Source: Dicyema japonicum | Lineage: Eukaryota; Animalia; Dicyemida | Direction of reading: 5' to 3' | DNA: 64,000 bases | Assembly (NCBI GenBank): GCA_011109175.1 | Contig: RDEW01000005.1 | Location: 904,903-968,902 of the forward strand | In this document: piece by piece, positions 36,831 through 49,894 of the stretch | Position numbering within the stretch: position 1 is the stretch's first letter | Layout of the letters: each line of letters starts with the position of its first letter | The notes under the pieces: generated by a model | Databases searched by the model: none | What the model saw: the letters and a program-made list of their open reading frames with translations, nothing else | Told to the model about the DNA's origin: nothing | Translations under genes and position numbers: made by a program

Positions 36831-37619
36831 GATAAAATGTAGGAATCACTCCATTCAGTGACTTGGACAAGTTTGGGATCTGAATTTATATTTTTGGGTC
36901 AGTTTTTTTTACGAAAAGCTTTAAAATGAAAATTATAAACAACCATAAAAAGAAGATTCATATCATTCCCCTTCAAATTGAACGAAGAGTAGAGTACCAA
37001 AGGAGACCACGATAAACGCGACTTGTGATCAAAAAGTCGTTTTTCTGCGAAGTTCTATGCACAGATCTTGGATGAATCCTTTTATCGGTAAAATTTCAGG
37101 CAATTCTTTAGACTCGTCAGAGTCGCCATTCCATCTACAATTGATTGACAATAAAGTAATAAATTATTTTTGACTCTCTGTAAATGATTTATTACCTAAC
37201 ATTCACGCGATATTTTTCTGATTTGTAGCAACAAGAGCACTTATACATGTTTTAAACGAGTCTGGCCATTTTGCATTAAATTTAAAAAAAGAATAGCAAT
37301 TTCGTGTCTTTTTTTGTGGCTCTAGAATTTCATAGAATCTTTATTACTAATAATAAAAATATATGCTTAGAAAAGTACCATAATTTCTTCCAACATATTT
37401 TTTGTGAATAACTCCTTGGTATCGAAAAATTATATAAAGTAGTTGTCGAGATTTAAGTCGTTGCATAACAAGAAATAATTTTTCAGAATCAAATCTTTAC
37501 TTGCTATTCATAATTCACAAAAAATAAATTGTGCGAGTTTAGGTTTAGTTTTCTAATTTAAAATAATTTATTTTTAACAAAATAATTTAATATAAAAAAA
37601 TAACTAAAATTTTATTTGA

Positions 37620-37890
37620 TAAACAAATTGTTTGTAGGTTCCGGGCTTCATCACTCTATGCGGATCGGAGTCCGTTCGCATCCACTAAAAAGCCTCGGGT
37701 ACACGTAAATTGGGAAAAAAGCCCACGCCTCTCCAAATTCTCACGAAAGAGGATCGTCATGGATTCAGAAAAGCTGTGGTACTTTGAAATATCAAAAGCT
37801 CTCAACCATGTTGAGGTCTACCGGGATCACTTAATTAGATGGTTTAACTCCTTTTTTTTGGTGTTCCCTTTTAGGGTTATATAATAATTA
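37620..37890 (+). mobile_element. 5'-truncated LINE 3' end (mirror at 25100-25380, minus strand)
   Basis: Aligns with the reverse complement of 56560-56770 (TACACGTAAATTGG...TACCGGGATCACTTAATTAG...GGTGTTCC.TT...GGGTTAT). Confidence 0.75.
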
Positions 37891-38678
37891 TAGCATGAGG
37901 GCAATGATTTGGAAGAGCCATTGAGTCATTTTGGGTTCACTCTTCCGTGTTCCTGGACTTTGGCCGATTGTTTTGAGGAGCTTTATACTGCTGGGGCCAA
38001 TAATTGCATACGTCTCAACAAAAATTGGTTACAAATATCCTGGCTTTCAGGCCCTTCAATTATCCTTTAATTATCTGTTCTTTCTTTGAAGACGTGTAAT
38101 GTTTCGATTACTTAAACCTCCGTATAGGAAAACACACAGAGACCAAGAAATAGAGATTGTTCTTAGTTTCCTCTTATCTGGTCGTGTGAATCCATAAAAA
38201 CAATCCGTTGCAATTGAATAATTTACTTATGACGAGTCACTCGTCAATCCAACATTTAAATCCGTCGCAATACGTCGGGGATTCTAGGACCCAAATCATT
38301 TTTAAATTTGATTTCGATTTTTGTTATTTTTCTCGGAAGATTGTAAAACGAAGAAATTAGACAGCCACTTTTTGTCCCCTTGAGGACATCAGACCATTGA
38401 TAGCAAAATAGTGGGGGGTAGGCCAAAAAGGGGATAAATCACTGCGAAACCGGATCGTGTCCGAGACTCAGATAAAAGCAAAAAAGAAAAAAGATGAGAT
38501 CACTCTATGCCTAAACCTCATTTTTCGATTTACTAACTGTTTTTCTTAAATAAATTGTTTTTTTGCCTAAGTGGGAGGTTTAAGTAATAGAACCATCACT
38601 TCTCTGCGAAAAGACTGATTCGATTGATATTGATTTGGAGTAAATTTCGAATAAGTTATTTGTTGCTAAGCAACTTTA

Positions 38679-39367
38679 ATGGATAAATTTACTACGAAGC
38701 ATCTAGACCAATTTGGTCAAATTTAGACGAAATGGCAAAAAATGATCCACAAAGTTATAAAAAATTGATTAACAGTCACTTGAAGAGTTCCAAAATTGAG
38801 TAAACCTTTGAACTATTTTCAACTATTACTGTCATTGATTCAGTATTTATGATTTTTTGATATTGCCAGAAATCAAAATCTACCATAATTATAAATATCT
38901 GTACCGATTCCCGAGTCCGGCTGCTAAATCACAGACAGATCCCTTGCCGATGGCAGCTAAAGAATTCAAAGATTTCGTGTCAAACAAAAAGGGTAATAAA
39001 TTATTTTACTTCAAGAGAGAATATTTATTCTTGTTATCAATGATGAGACTTTCAAACCTTGAATAATCAAGTCCTATTGAGTGAACTTTATTTACTTTCT
39101 CTTAACTTTTTGAACGACCTTCACAACACAGAAATCGATACTTCAAAGGAGAATCCATTTGAGTGTTTGAATGAATTTCAAGGGGACAAAAAGTGGCTGT
39201 CTAATTTCTTCGTTTCACAATCTCCCGAGAAAAATAACCACTTATCGTTCCGAGATCTACTGAAGAAACTATTGAGTTTCACGGAGGTCATGCATGATTC
39301 TGAGTGTAGCCAGAAGTTACATATTTTTGAAAATTCCTATTTATACCTCTATTTGTTTCAACGATAA
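38679..39367 (+). pseudogene. PIH1D2: PIH1D2-like right-arm copy with three 1-nt deletions
   Basis: GACCAATTTGG vs left GACCAAATTTGG gives an early TAG. CACTTGAAG vs CACCTTGAAG; GAGTCCGG vs GAGTACCGG. Confidence 0.7.
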
Positions 39368-40029
39368 GAGCATGGACGTGAACTGGTCCAGGAGCCCTTT
39401 GTATTTCATAATTCAAACTGAAATTCGCATTCATTTTCACTCAAAGAATTTCAATTAATTCATGGGTTTTATTTTATTGAAGATGGCAATTTTGAGTTTA
39501 TATACAAAAAACTAACAATCTAAAGAATCACCAAGGATCTGCGTGAGACTAGCTGACTTCGAGAGCGTATCTTGATAGCTATTGTCAGAGGAAACAACCT
39601 GGCTATTCATGATCCCTAAATAATTTTTGATATAATTATTTTATTAATAAATAATCTGATTAGAACGAATTTGTCGAAAATTTTTTTAATCATCATACTT
39701 AGCACGAACGAACACACATTATTATCAACATACCTGGAATCGGTCTAATAAACGCGTAACTTCTGACAAGTAATCTATAAGGTTCTTCCAATTTTTGGAT
39801 GGACGAGATTTTAACCTTGATCTACGTGCCATCCAAAGCCTGTGCGTCTCCATTGTTCCAATTGCCGAACGGAATGTTGTCTGATGTACATCACATGATG
39901 ATATTAGACATGATTTTACTATTATCTGTCTATAATTAATTATTTATGTCTGATATTAATAATATTGATAAGATATTTCGCATTTAAAAGCTTTTCGTAT
40001 TTCTTAAAGGCATATGAACTTATTAGCCA

Positions 40030-40100
40030 TGTGACTAGACAGTATAGTGGTTAGCGCTCGACTCACGATTACTTGTAGATTCGATTCCGCAATGGTATTT
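40030..40100 (+). pseudogene. tRNA-like sequence, probably a degenerate tRNA or SINE head (mirror at about 22880-22955, minus strand)
   Basis: A-box-like GTATAGTGGTTAG and B-box-like GATTCGATTCC. The anticodon and acceptor stems do not pair. Confidence 0.3.
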
Positions 40101-40159
40101 ACCTGGTCAAAGATTCCGTTCTGTTGGTAAATTCATCTAATAAGAGGCATCAGTTGATC

Positions 40160-40335
40160 GATTTGTTTCGAGAGAGGCCCAACACCTGCCGGTAACCAAA
40201 AATGATCCATCTCTTCCTTGCTCCATTGTATGGGTTCCTACAATGGCGGATATAATGAAGCTATCCTTGGAGAAAGTACGTCTCATTTCAACCGTGGAAA
40301 CTGGACATAACTTAACCAGACGTAAATTAACTCTA
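40160..40335 (+). mobile_element. Probable LINE 3' fragment at the start of the right-arm-only block
   Basis: GTGGAAACTGGACATAACTTAA resembles GTGGAAACTGGATACACTTAA in the SINE/LINE tail at about 53182-53205. Confidence 0.4.
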
Positions 40336-41417
40336 ATAAATATGAATACTTAGAGTTTTGCTTGTGCCGTACTCCCTGCTATCATTTCACTAGTTTCTTC
40401 TATATAGATCATTGGCGTCTGCAAAGAGCGAAAGTTATAAGCCGCTTGGTGCCAACGTTATCGTGGTAGAAAGAAATAGTGATAGAAAGTTTAAAACAAT
40501 ATTGGAACACTAAACTCATGAATTTTCTATTATTATAAATAAAAAAATATATTTTAAAATAAACACAAAAGTTATGTTCTTTCACATAATTTTTATCACC
40601 AAGCAACATGTCGACTGTTGTAATCCTAAACTTCTTATTTCTTATTAAAGCTGTTTTGAATAATTGCCAATGTTCTTTATCCTGTGAATACAGATGTTGC
40701 AATCAAACGTATTTTACCGTAAAAAAGTTTTAGTCGGTTCAAACAAGCATCCAGAGAACAGAATGCCAGTGTATTAATGGACTATGTACGCCTGTAATAA
40801 CTTATTCAAATATGTGCTAGCGTAATAATCATTTGATTCCCTTGCTTTCATTAAAAGTTGTCATGTTTTGCTTTTCTGTGAAGAATTAGTAGTTTGGTAT
40901 GTTTTGATAGTTTTCGAAATATTTGATGATTAAGCACACAACACTGCCCTTTCCCATAATGAGTAGGTAATGTTTCCATCACTTAAACCAACTAGGCAGA
41001 ACTCTCACTTCATTTTAAGAAGTAAAAACAGTAATGCCAATTAATCCAAGGCATATTGATAATTATAACAAAAAAAGATATTACCAATTCATAGTAAAAA
41101 GTTCCTTGAGGTGTATAATCTTTTTAACTATCCAATTCTTTATTAAAATAAAACAAGGGAATAGTCAGCCAAAGGTCATACAGCGAGCTCCCTGACTGCG
41201 TGGCTATTCCTCTCAGGATAACAAGTGTGATTTCGCTCAAATTGCCAGCAGGGATCTCCTATTTGTGTAGAATTCCGATTCCCAAGACGACTTAGGAATT
41301 CCAGCGTCGCTGATTTCCTTGACGACTAACGCTTGAGCTGCGAGTGAAACAAACAAAAAATCTTCCGGTAGGACCACGTACTTTGCCTTTTTTGACCTCT
41401 CGGCCTTCTCCATCCAC

Positions 41418-44112
41418 TTGAAGTTGACAAGTGCAGTCCATTGTATATGGAGTGTGAATGACAGGATCTGTGTTATACAAATCAGTCTAAACACTTACCT
41501 CCTTCGAAGAGCTTTCTGACAATAATAAATGTTTATGCGCCACACTGCGGGAGAGTAGCGAAAGATCCGACAGAACTAGACGACTTCTATTCAACACTGT
41601 TACGGACGTACAACGAATATGAGTCGTCATCACTAATACTCATTGCTGGGGATTTGAATGCAAAAGTCGGGATGAAGAATAACCCGGATGATGTTTTCTT
41701 GGGAGAACATGGACGTGGAATAAGAAATTTACCCGGGACAATACTTGGTCACTTTTGTATGGCAAACAACCTTTTCCTATGCAATACTGCATTTACGCAT
41801 CCTGCCTGCCCCAAAACTACGTGGATGGGGAAGCGAAGGATCTCAGAAGGAAAGCTGGTCCAATATACAACCAAATCGATTATGTCATATGCCGGGCTAA
41901 AGACAAACACTTCTAGTAAACGCACGTTCATATGAAGGCTCGACGACTGTCAGCGACCACAAGATGGTTATTGCGACCTTCACCCTGAAAAAACATGCCA
42001 TAAATACAGAATGCAAAAAATCACGAATTTGAGAAAATCAGAGGCGACTACGCGACTGAAAGGCTGATTTCTCAACCGGAGACTACTGAGAGATATCAAC
42101 AATACATTCAGACTAATATGCAGGACGTATTGGTGGATACCACGTAGAAGACGCCTGGAAACGCACAAAGGACACCATCAACGAAGCTGCTGAAGCATGT
42201 CTTGCAAAAGGGAGAATAGTAAAATGCACCTGAAGGCTATTCATCCAGATGTTCCTGAGCTTGCGAAAAGTCTAAAAGAAATAAATATGAGAAAATCAAA
42301 TGCCACTGACACTAATGCGATAAAAGCCCTTCAAGGCGAAAGACAACGTGTCAGAAGAAAAATAAAGGGTCTGAACAAGAAGCTTTTCATAGAAGAAATA
42401 GCTCCTGTATAGAAGAAGTAAACAAAGTGAAAGACAACGCACAGGTGTACGTCGCTGCCCGTTTGCTGCGGCGAACAAACCGAAGTCGACTAACCATAAA
42501 AGACGAGAACGGTAAGCTGATACTGAACACCAAAGAACAAACTGAAGCCATCGCGGCTCACTTTGAGAAGCTTTTCAACATCAAAACCATAGAAACCACC
42601 CATTTGATGGAAGGCCAAGACCCTTAGATACCAATCACGGCCGAGGAAATCAAAACGGCCTGCCGAAAACTCAAGAATAACAGAAGCCCCGGACCAGACG
42701 AAAAGAGAATACTGAAATACGGCCCTGACTCCTTTTTGAAAAACGCTACTACTAAATGAAATTTTCTAACTCAACTGCACTCTACTTTTGGGTACCGGAC
42801 TACTAATCCCCATACAAAAAATCAACAAAACAGAGGACCGCTCGAAGATTTGCGATTCATCATACTACTAAATTCATTACGCAAATTCTTAGCAAACATT
42901 GTGCTTGAACAAATAAAAGGATCTGCTTACAAATACCTACCAGTTAGTCAAAGTGGTTTTCGAGAAGGGAGATCCACAGCTGATGTGGTCTGGAGTCACA
43001 GATGGAGGTGTGCAACACACTAAACATACCATAACGGCACCAATTCTCTGGGAATTGACTATCAAGAGCTTTTGATACGGTTAACAGGAACAAGTTAATG
43101 GGGGTACTGAGCGGATTTCTTGTTAAGTCGAGTCTAAGGATGACCGAATTCTACATTCTTAACACTGAGCTCCTTGTGAGAGTCGGAAAGACCTATTCAA
43201 GAAAATTTGAAACAAACACGGGCACTCCACAAGGAGACTCCTTTTCTCCTCTACTATTCACAATTTACTTGGAAGCCGCTATGAGGGAACTTAGACCGTT
43301 ATACCAAGGAAAGACGAAAGAAGTGATCTACGCGGACGATGTAATCCTAATTTCTGAAGACAAAGAGGTCCTGGAACACCTATTAGAAAAAGCACCAGAA
43401 GTACTAGGGAAATGGTTTCTTACTGTGAACAGAGAAAAAACAGAACTCACAGAGATAAGAAGGATGAGTAACGTCCTAGAAGAGAAGTGACGACAAGTAA
43501 AGAAACTCGGTTCACTTATGGGAGATAGCGAAGATATTTTACGTAGGAAATGAAAAATCTATAGCTCAATCAAAAAAGTATCAACACGAAAATAAGAATC
43601 ATATTATACGACTCAATCATAAAACCCGTACTTTTATATAACGCTGAAACTTGGGCGACCTCATAAGCAGATATGGAAATACTAGATCGTTCCATAGAGA
43701 TCAGCTGAGAAAAATAACAGGAACTACTTGGCCTATGAGAATATCGAGAAATGCTTTATATAAGAGATGCAGCACTAGACATATCAGCTTAGAAGTACTG
43801 GAATCCCGATGGAAGCTCTTCGGACACGTGCTGAGGATGGAATTAACATCCCCATCGAACATATCTATGGAAACATACTATGTTAGTCAAGATGTAAGCA
43901 ATCGTGGAAGACCTAGAACAACACTACCAATAGTTTACAAAAAGACCTAATCAATATCAAAAAAATCAAAAAATGCCGACGAACTGCACAATATGAGCGC
44001 CTTGACTAGGAACAGGAGAGCTTGGAAAAAAATGATATCTAACCTTGTTTCTTTTGCTGCACATGCAGGTGCTATAATTACTATGGCTCGCGTGAAGTGC
44101 TTAAATAATAAA
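41418..44112 (+). mobile_element. Second RTE family A copy, 5'-truncated and more decayed
   Basis: Direct repeat of 32540-35270; ORFs 41654, 42197, 42427, 43098 and 43651 correspond to 32775-35156. Confidence 0.92.
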
Positions 44113-44394
44113 TAGCTTAATTAATATATAAATTTTTGTGTCAACTTCTGGATGTAACCCTACTTTAAATTTTTTTGAGAATACACACTTACACGTCCCT
44201 TTATGACTGATATACACTTTTAAACTTCATTTTCTAGACAATTTGTTCCACGTTCTTGTGGTTATCTGTTTTCTTCTTCCATTCTACTCTATCTTGTCCT
44301 ATTCTATTCTACTTATTTATTTTATGTATTTTTTTGTTAATTATGCATTTGTGTTTGGTACTAACCAACAATCATTATAATGAAAAAATATCTG

Positions 44395-44520
44395 GGCACG
44401 AAGAAGAACATTAGGCGTTTCATTATTGAAGTGAATCTAATGACGCATCAATTGAACGAAGATAAATTTTTAATCAATTAGCCACATATTACCACATGAC
44501 ACCACGTGGATAAATAATTG
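44395..44520 (-). repeat. Degenerate copy of the SINE-like 5' half
   Basis: Plus strand AATGACGCATC...CAATTAGCCACAT..TACCACATGACACCACGTGG parallels AATGACGCCATC...CCAACTAGCCACAT (12450-12498) and the head module. Confidence 0.5.
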
Positions 44521-44723
44521 GTAAAAAATAGTGACTTTTTTTATTTTGCCATTTTAATTTTATGGACAAACTATAAAAAAATTCAAAACGTCGCGCTCAG
44601 AACAATTACTTTATGTATCAAATCAACCCCAATTGATCATTTTCACTGGAATCAAAATCCTTCCCATTGCAATTGGAACTGAGACTTCAAAACTTCTTCA
44701 AGAAATCTGAAAATTACAAACAT

Positions 44724-45670
44724 GTGATCTAAAGGAGAAAGTGGACATAAAATGAAGCTTGAATATAAACATGTGAAATTAAGAACCCATCCATTAAAAG
44801 ACATATCGGATGATAATGTGCTAATAATTAAAATCGAATATATTTTCGGAATGTTTGGTATATTTGAATATTTTTGTTCACTGTGTGTTTTATTTAGAAC
44901 ACAAGCACATACAAGTGAACACATATGGATATACACCGCAACAAGGAAGCACGTTTTTTCTGGAACGACCTATCTTAGTATTGCGTTTTTAAGTCTTAAG
45001 TTCTTTTTACATACAAGCGATCCCGAGTTAATTACTTAATCCAAAAAAGCTTGTTTATATATTTTTATTTCTAAGTAAAACAGAAAGACCTGATTATTTT
45101 CGAAATTGCTTCATTTTATCAAAATCACATGGCCTTATATGGTATTCAATACAAAATTAAAAAAATTAATATTTTTTTGAATCAGAACTCAGAAATTAAA
45201 ATTACACGTTAAAATTTTTTATTTCCTTTGTTAATATTTTTGTTTCTTAATATGGAAATTTTATTCAATTTAAACAAAAACTTGAATTTATTCGTTAATT
45301 TATGGAAAGTTTTATAAAATACTTTATTTTGTTGGCATTTATATTCCACATAGTGAAATTCTCATCAGAAAAAGAATACGTTTTTCGCATCAACACTGAT
45401 GTCGATCAGGCAAGATTGATCCTGAATAAATACTGTTTTATTCTCAAAAAACAGGTAATCATTTAAATAATTTTTAAAGCTGCCATTTATTGATAATTTT
45501 TACTTGGCTGTTGTTAATAAAAGCTCTGAATGTCCCATGAGTTTCCAAGAACTTATAAAAGTTATTAAAATGGATGAAAAAATTATTTGGTTTGGGGAAC
45601 AGATTGGAAGAAATTTTTCTAAACGGGAGTTATCAATCAAATTAACAAAATTGTCTAATAATTCAAAATT
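44724..45670 (+). other. Unidentified spliced gene fragment (mirror at 21880-22826, minus strand)
   Basis: ORF 44752-45039 is retained in both arms. Stop-free exon-like segments SEKEYVFRINTDVDQARLILNKYCFILKKQ and AVVNKSSECPMSFQELIKVIKMDEKIIWFGEQIGR. No family recognised. Confidence 0.3.
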
Positions 45671-48600
45671 CAATTAATTAGGGCAACCCAAGTCTTAAAA
45701 TTGTAATTTATGATTTTTATAAAATTTCTTTATTTATTATGGATTTAAAATTTTAACCAAAAATTTTTAGAATTTTTATTTCCTTGACCATGTCCAATGT
45801 AAGGATTTTCGACCCCGAGAACTTTTACTTCTTCTCTTTGACCCAATGATCCTGGGGGTAAAAATAATAACAATTTTCTTGACCAATTAGCCAAGTAATC
45901 GGAATGTTGAGGTGATGGCGTACCTCTATTGCAACAAATGCCTAATTCTATCTGATTTAACATACAAAAATATCAGATTAAAGAAAAATATTAAGTAAGA
46001 AATATTTATCCTTCCTCAAGAGACTGGGATGTCTGGCCACGCTCATATGACGTCTGCAAAACCCAATGAGCTTTTCAAGTTGATCAATAAAGCTACCATG
46101 AGGCGAAACGCATGGTCGACTATGTCGGTGGGGATAACTAATTAACCTGATTTTCTTATTTATTTAAAGAAAGAGTTAAATTAATATATAATCTAACAAG
46201 CCCCGCTGAAAAACGAGGAAGGCAGGGAAAGCTGATAAGTGCCGCTCCAGGCCTCACGAGCATGGTCGGCGTCCTTGTCAATAGAGAATTCAGGTAGAGA
46301 GTGTGGAATCCTCTTAACATGGGAGTTACAGGTCACTAGCGATGATAGGTATGAAGAGAGAGAAAGGTTCACAGGGTCCGAATTCCAAGTCCTCCGAGTC
46401 TCACTGGCAGCGTGGCTTGCTTCCATGAGTGTTCCTCTAACTGGACGTTGAAGATACTCTCCACTGTCGTACGGAAGATCTCCTTAATCTATTAAAATAA
46501 AATATGTACTGAAAACAAGATAAATGATTAGATTTTTATTTATTGATAAATAAATCTGTCATTTTCATGTTATTTTGTTCTTTTTTTCGTAGTGAATGCA
46601 AAAAATAATTTTAAGAACATTTTCAAGAGTTTCTTGTTTTACTACATTAAGGTGCATTCAGAAAGCACGTTCAGTTTCTTTCATAACTTCATACTCTAAA
46701 TGTTTCTTGTTATCTTCTTCGGATTATCATAAAAAGTCTCTAAATTTTCATTTTCCAATTATATCTGATTAATGTTGTTTTCTAGGATCATAAAGTTCAC
46801 TTTCCGAGAGCTTTCCAAAGCATTTTCGCATTTATGATTTATTCCGCCCAGGCCACGAGCAGACAAGTTACATTATCTATCAGTAAGTCTTTATTAGATT
46901 GGCTATTTGCAATTTTGCAAAAATAAGTTTTAATATTGGCCGGTAAACTTTTTCATCTGAGAGAACAAAAAATTTTAAATTCCGTATTTAATTGGTACCA
47001 TTTACTCAAATTGACATATAGCCTCACATAAGATTTCTTCCCTTTTCAGTCGGACTTCCTTTAAAGATATCATATATCTCACAAATAAATTCATATTTAT
47101 ACAGATCTGAATTTATTTTCTTATATATTCAGATTTTTTCATTTTGATTTAACTTCCTGGTCACATCCCTTCAAAATTTCCTAAGACAAATTTAAAAATT
47201 AAGAATTGTCACATATATTGTCCCCATCTGGGGGTTTATTAGTTAAAAAAATTTCATTATTATTAAAATTATAAAATCTCCCCAAAATTGGGGTTTTCTC
47301 GGCAGTTTGGGTTTCCCATAACGAGGTCGGACTGTATGTTTGATATTATTTGTCTTTTTCATTTAGTTCTGGAATGAAGATGACATTATTGGTTCCTTTA
47401 TTTATATACTTGCAGATATGTTGGATGCACTTATTGGAGTTACGACTTTAAAGTAGTATGAGCTTTATACTTCTTGCATTTGTTGTCAGCAATAATTTTA
47501 TTTGACTTACCTTTTAGCCCCATGTAAAACTCCCTGAATCAGAGGCTCTTATTTCTGCATGGGAGATATTCAATTTCACCTATTCGCGTATTACTTATAT
47601 TCATGTGGGATAAACTAAAAAGTTCATTTTTACCTTTATTTAAGAAAAAAATTGTCATCCCCTTCTTTACCCCATTTGACGTCAAATTTTATCTTAGACC
47701 AAAATTATTATTTTAACCTTATTTAAGAAAAAAATGGGCTTCTTCTTTTCTAAGGGATGGATCTCATGTGGCCCCGGATTCAGTCATCGGTTTATTTCTT
47801 ACTTATATACTTTTAATTTTCCTTGCGACGTCTATTACGACTAAGACACATCAAATATTAACACATCATCCACGTATTTCAGGAGTCTCGTATTTGATGA
47901 GTTGGTATTGGGAAGTCGCCATCAAGATATTAAATACTACGCGGTTAATGATTGATTCTTTTGGGACTCCTTTCTTAACTTATATAAATCAGACAAATAA
48001 GGCCTTTGTCCCACAAAAAATATCTTGAGCACAAAATTTTTTATAAACTTATGGCTTTTTTTAACAGAATCGGTCAGAGTGAAAACCAATTGCTGCTCAC
48101 ATAGAAAATTCCACTTTCAGTGAGATCAATACCTTTTTGAAAATGAAACGCTCCATACTTTTTGATAGAGAACATATATAGATGATAGGATAGAAGCTTG
48201 ATGGATCCATCTTTGTTTTTCCAGGTATTTCTAACATCACTAGAATGGAAATCATCCAGATATTAGAGACACGTCCAAGTTTTATGCTCACACTAAATAA
48301 ATTACAAAGAATCCTAAATATAATTTTCAAGTATTTCTTAAACGTCGTCATTCTTGATTTTTCTTTATGGAGCTCTGTTTTTGCATTCTTAAAAACTATT
48401 TTCTCATTCTGGAAAGGAGTATATAGTTCACTCCATGACTATGTGAACCAAACTTGACACATTTCTCTATGTTTTTAAGTGAAATTTGTTAGTTTTTTAT
48501 ATTATAAAATCAGTTTTTCAACAAAGAGTTTCCGTTCCCACAGACAAAACGGTTTATAAATTCAGCTGAAAACGTTAGGGTTCTGACGAAGTTTACGAGT

Positions 48601-49189
48601 CATTTTTTCAAATCTGAAGGTTTTACTAGTTATCAACTATCTTGTAATTTCAGTTTTTTAGTTTTGATTTTCTTTGCAGAATTGTATCAAACAAGATAAT
48701 ATAGCAGTTTTTTGATCTCCAAAATATCATTTACACTTCATTCTATGAAAGTGAATTTTGGCCTCTCAAACGTTCTTTTTTTTTTCTTAAAAATAAAATG
48801 TGTATCGTGCGGAAACATTGCTCTTCCTCGACAGAAGAGCTGTTTTTATTATTATCGCCGTTCAACAAGAAAACTCTGTCGATGATATGTCCATTTTTTT
48901 AATACATACAATAAATTAATAACTTAACTTTTACTGGGGTTCAGTTAGGGCTAAATTTTATCTAAGTTCTGTCGATGTAACCAGTTGCCTTAATCAGATT
49001 ATTAATATTGAATTAGACTAGAGTGAATAAAACTAAAAATATTCAGGGAATTCTACTGCCAAGTCCTCACATAAAAATAATAATAGATAATTCTATTATT
49101 ATTTTTTTATATTTTAAATATTATTTTTATAAGATTAAAAAATAATTATACCAAAATTTCAAATAAAATAATCAAAGTAAATACGAAAA

Positions 49190-49894
49190 ATGGATAACAA
49201 GGATAACAACAACTATAAGTAATTCTTTTAGTAACTTAAAGTCTAACTGAAAATGTCTATGAGTATCTCCATCATATGGGGGCTGGAGACATTGCTGATA
49301 ATTTCATCAAAGAAGTGAGATTCTTGTTTTAATAAAATAGATCAACTACGACAAGCCTGTGAGTGTGGGAGAATCGCCTGGATTGCTTGAAAAGTGGTGG
49401 GAGTAAGTTCACTTTGGAATAAATTTAGTAATTTTTATCCCGTTTACTCTTCAGTTACAGACAATTCTCAATCTCAATCAACCGCCCAAAATTATGATAC
49501 TAATTCAACATACAATCAGTATTCGAACCAGAATAGATTTCAAAGTTATAACCAAGATTTTAATTCTTATCCAACATATAATCAGAATTTGTACCAAAAT
49601 GAGGCTAATTCATACTATCAAGACTCTTATAATTATTCGTATAGCCAAAATCGACATAAATCTACATCTGATCCTTATTTTGGAGGTAATAACCCATTTA
49701 TGTATTACCAACCACCTCCCGAAGATATTGAAGACCCCATTTCTTGTATGCATAAATATATTCCACCGTTTTGTATTATTTTGCTAACCATATTAGTTTT
49801 GAAGCCTTTTCTCAATTATTTGGAGGCTCAGGAAAGTAAAGAGCCTGAAAAATGCTTAGATTGCGAAAAATTAAACAAAAAACGCAAAAAATAA
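49190..49894 (+). CDS. SSDP: SSDP/SSBP2-4-like LUFS(LisH) protein, 209 aa, with an N/Q/Y-rich middle, a C-terminal hydrophobic helix and KKRKK
   Basis: Exons 49190-49218, 49242-49314, 49341-49402 and 49429-49894 are joined by GT-AG introns of 23, 26 and 26 nt, giving 630 nt in frame. The product includes VYEYLHHMGAGDIADNFIKEINYDKPVSVGESPGLLEKWWDNFYPVYS, matching the SSDP motif VYEYL.H.GA..SA..F..EI.W...ITLGEPPGFL..WW.VFW.LY. Confidence 0.85.

Noticed and set aside
40030-40100. Functional tRNA gene
   Set aside because: A/B-box-like motifs are present, but the acceptor and anticodon stems do not pair.
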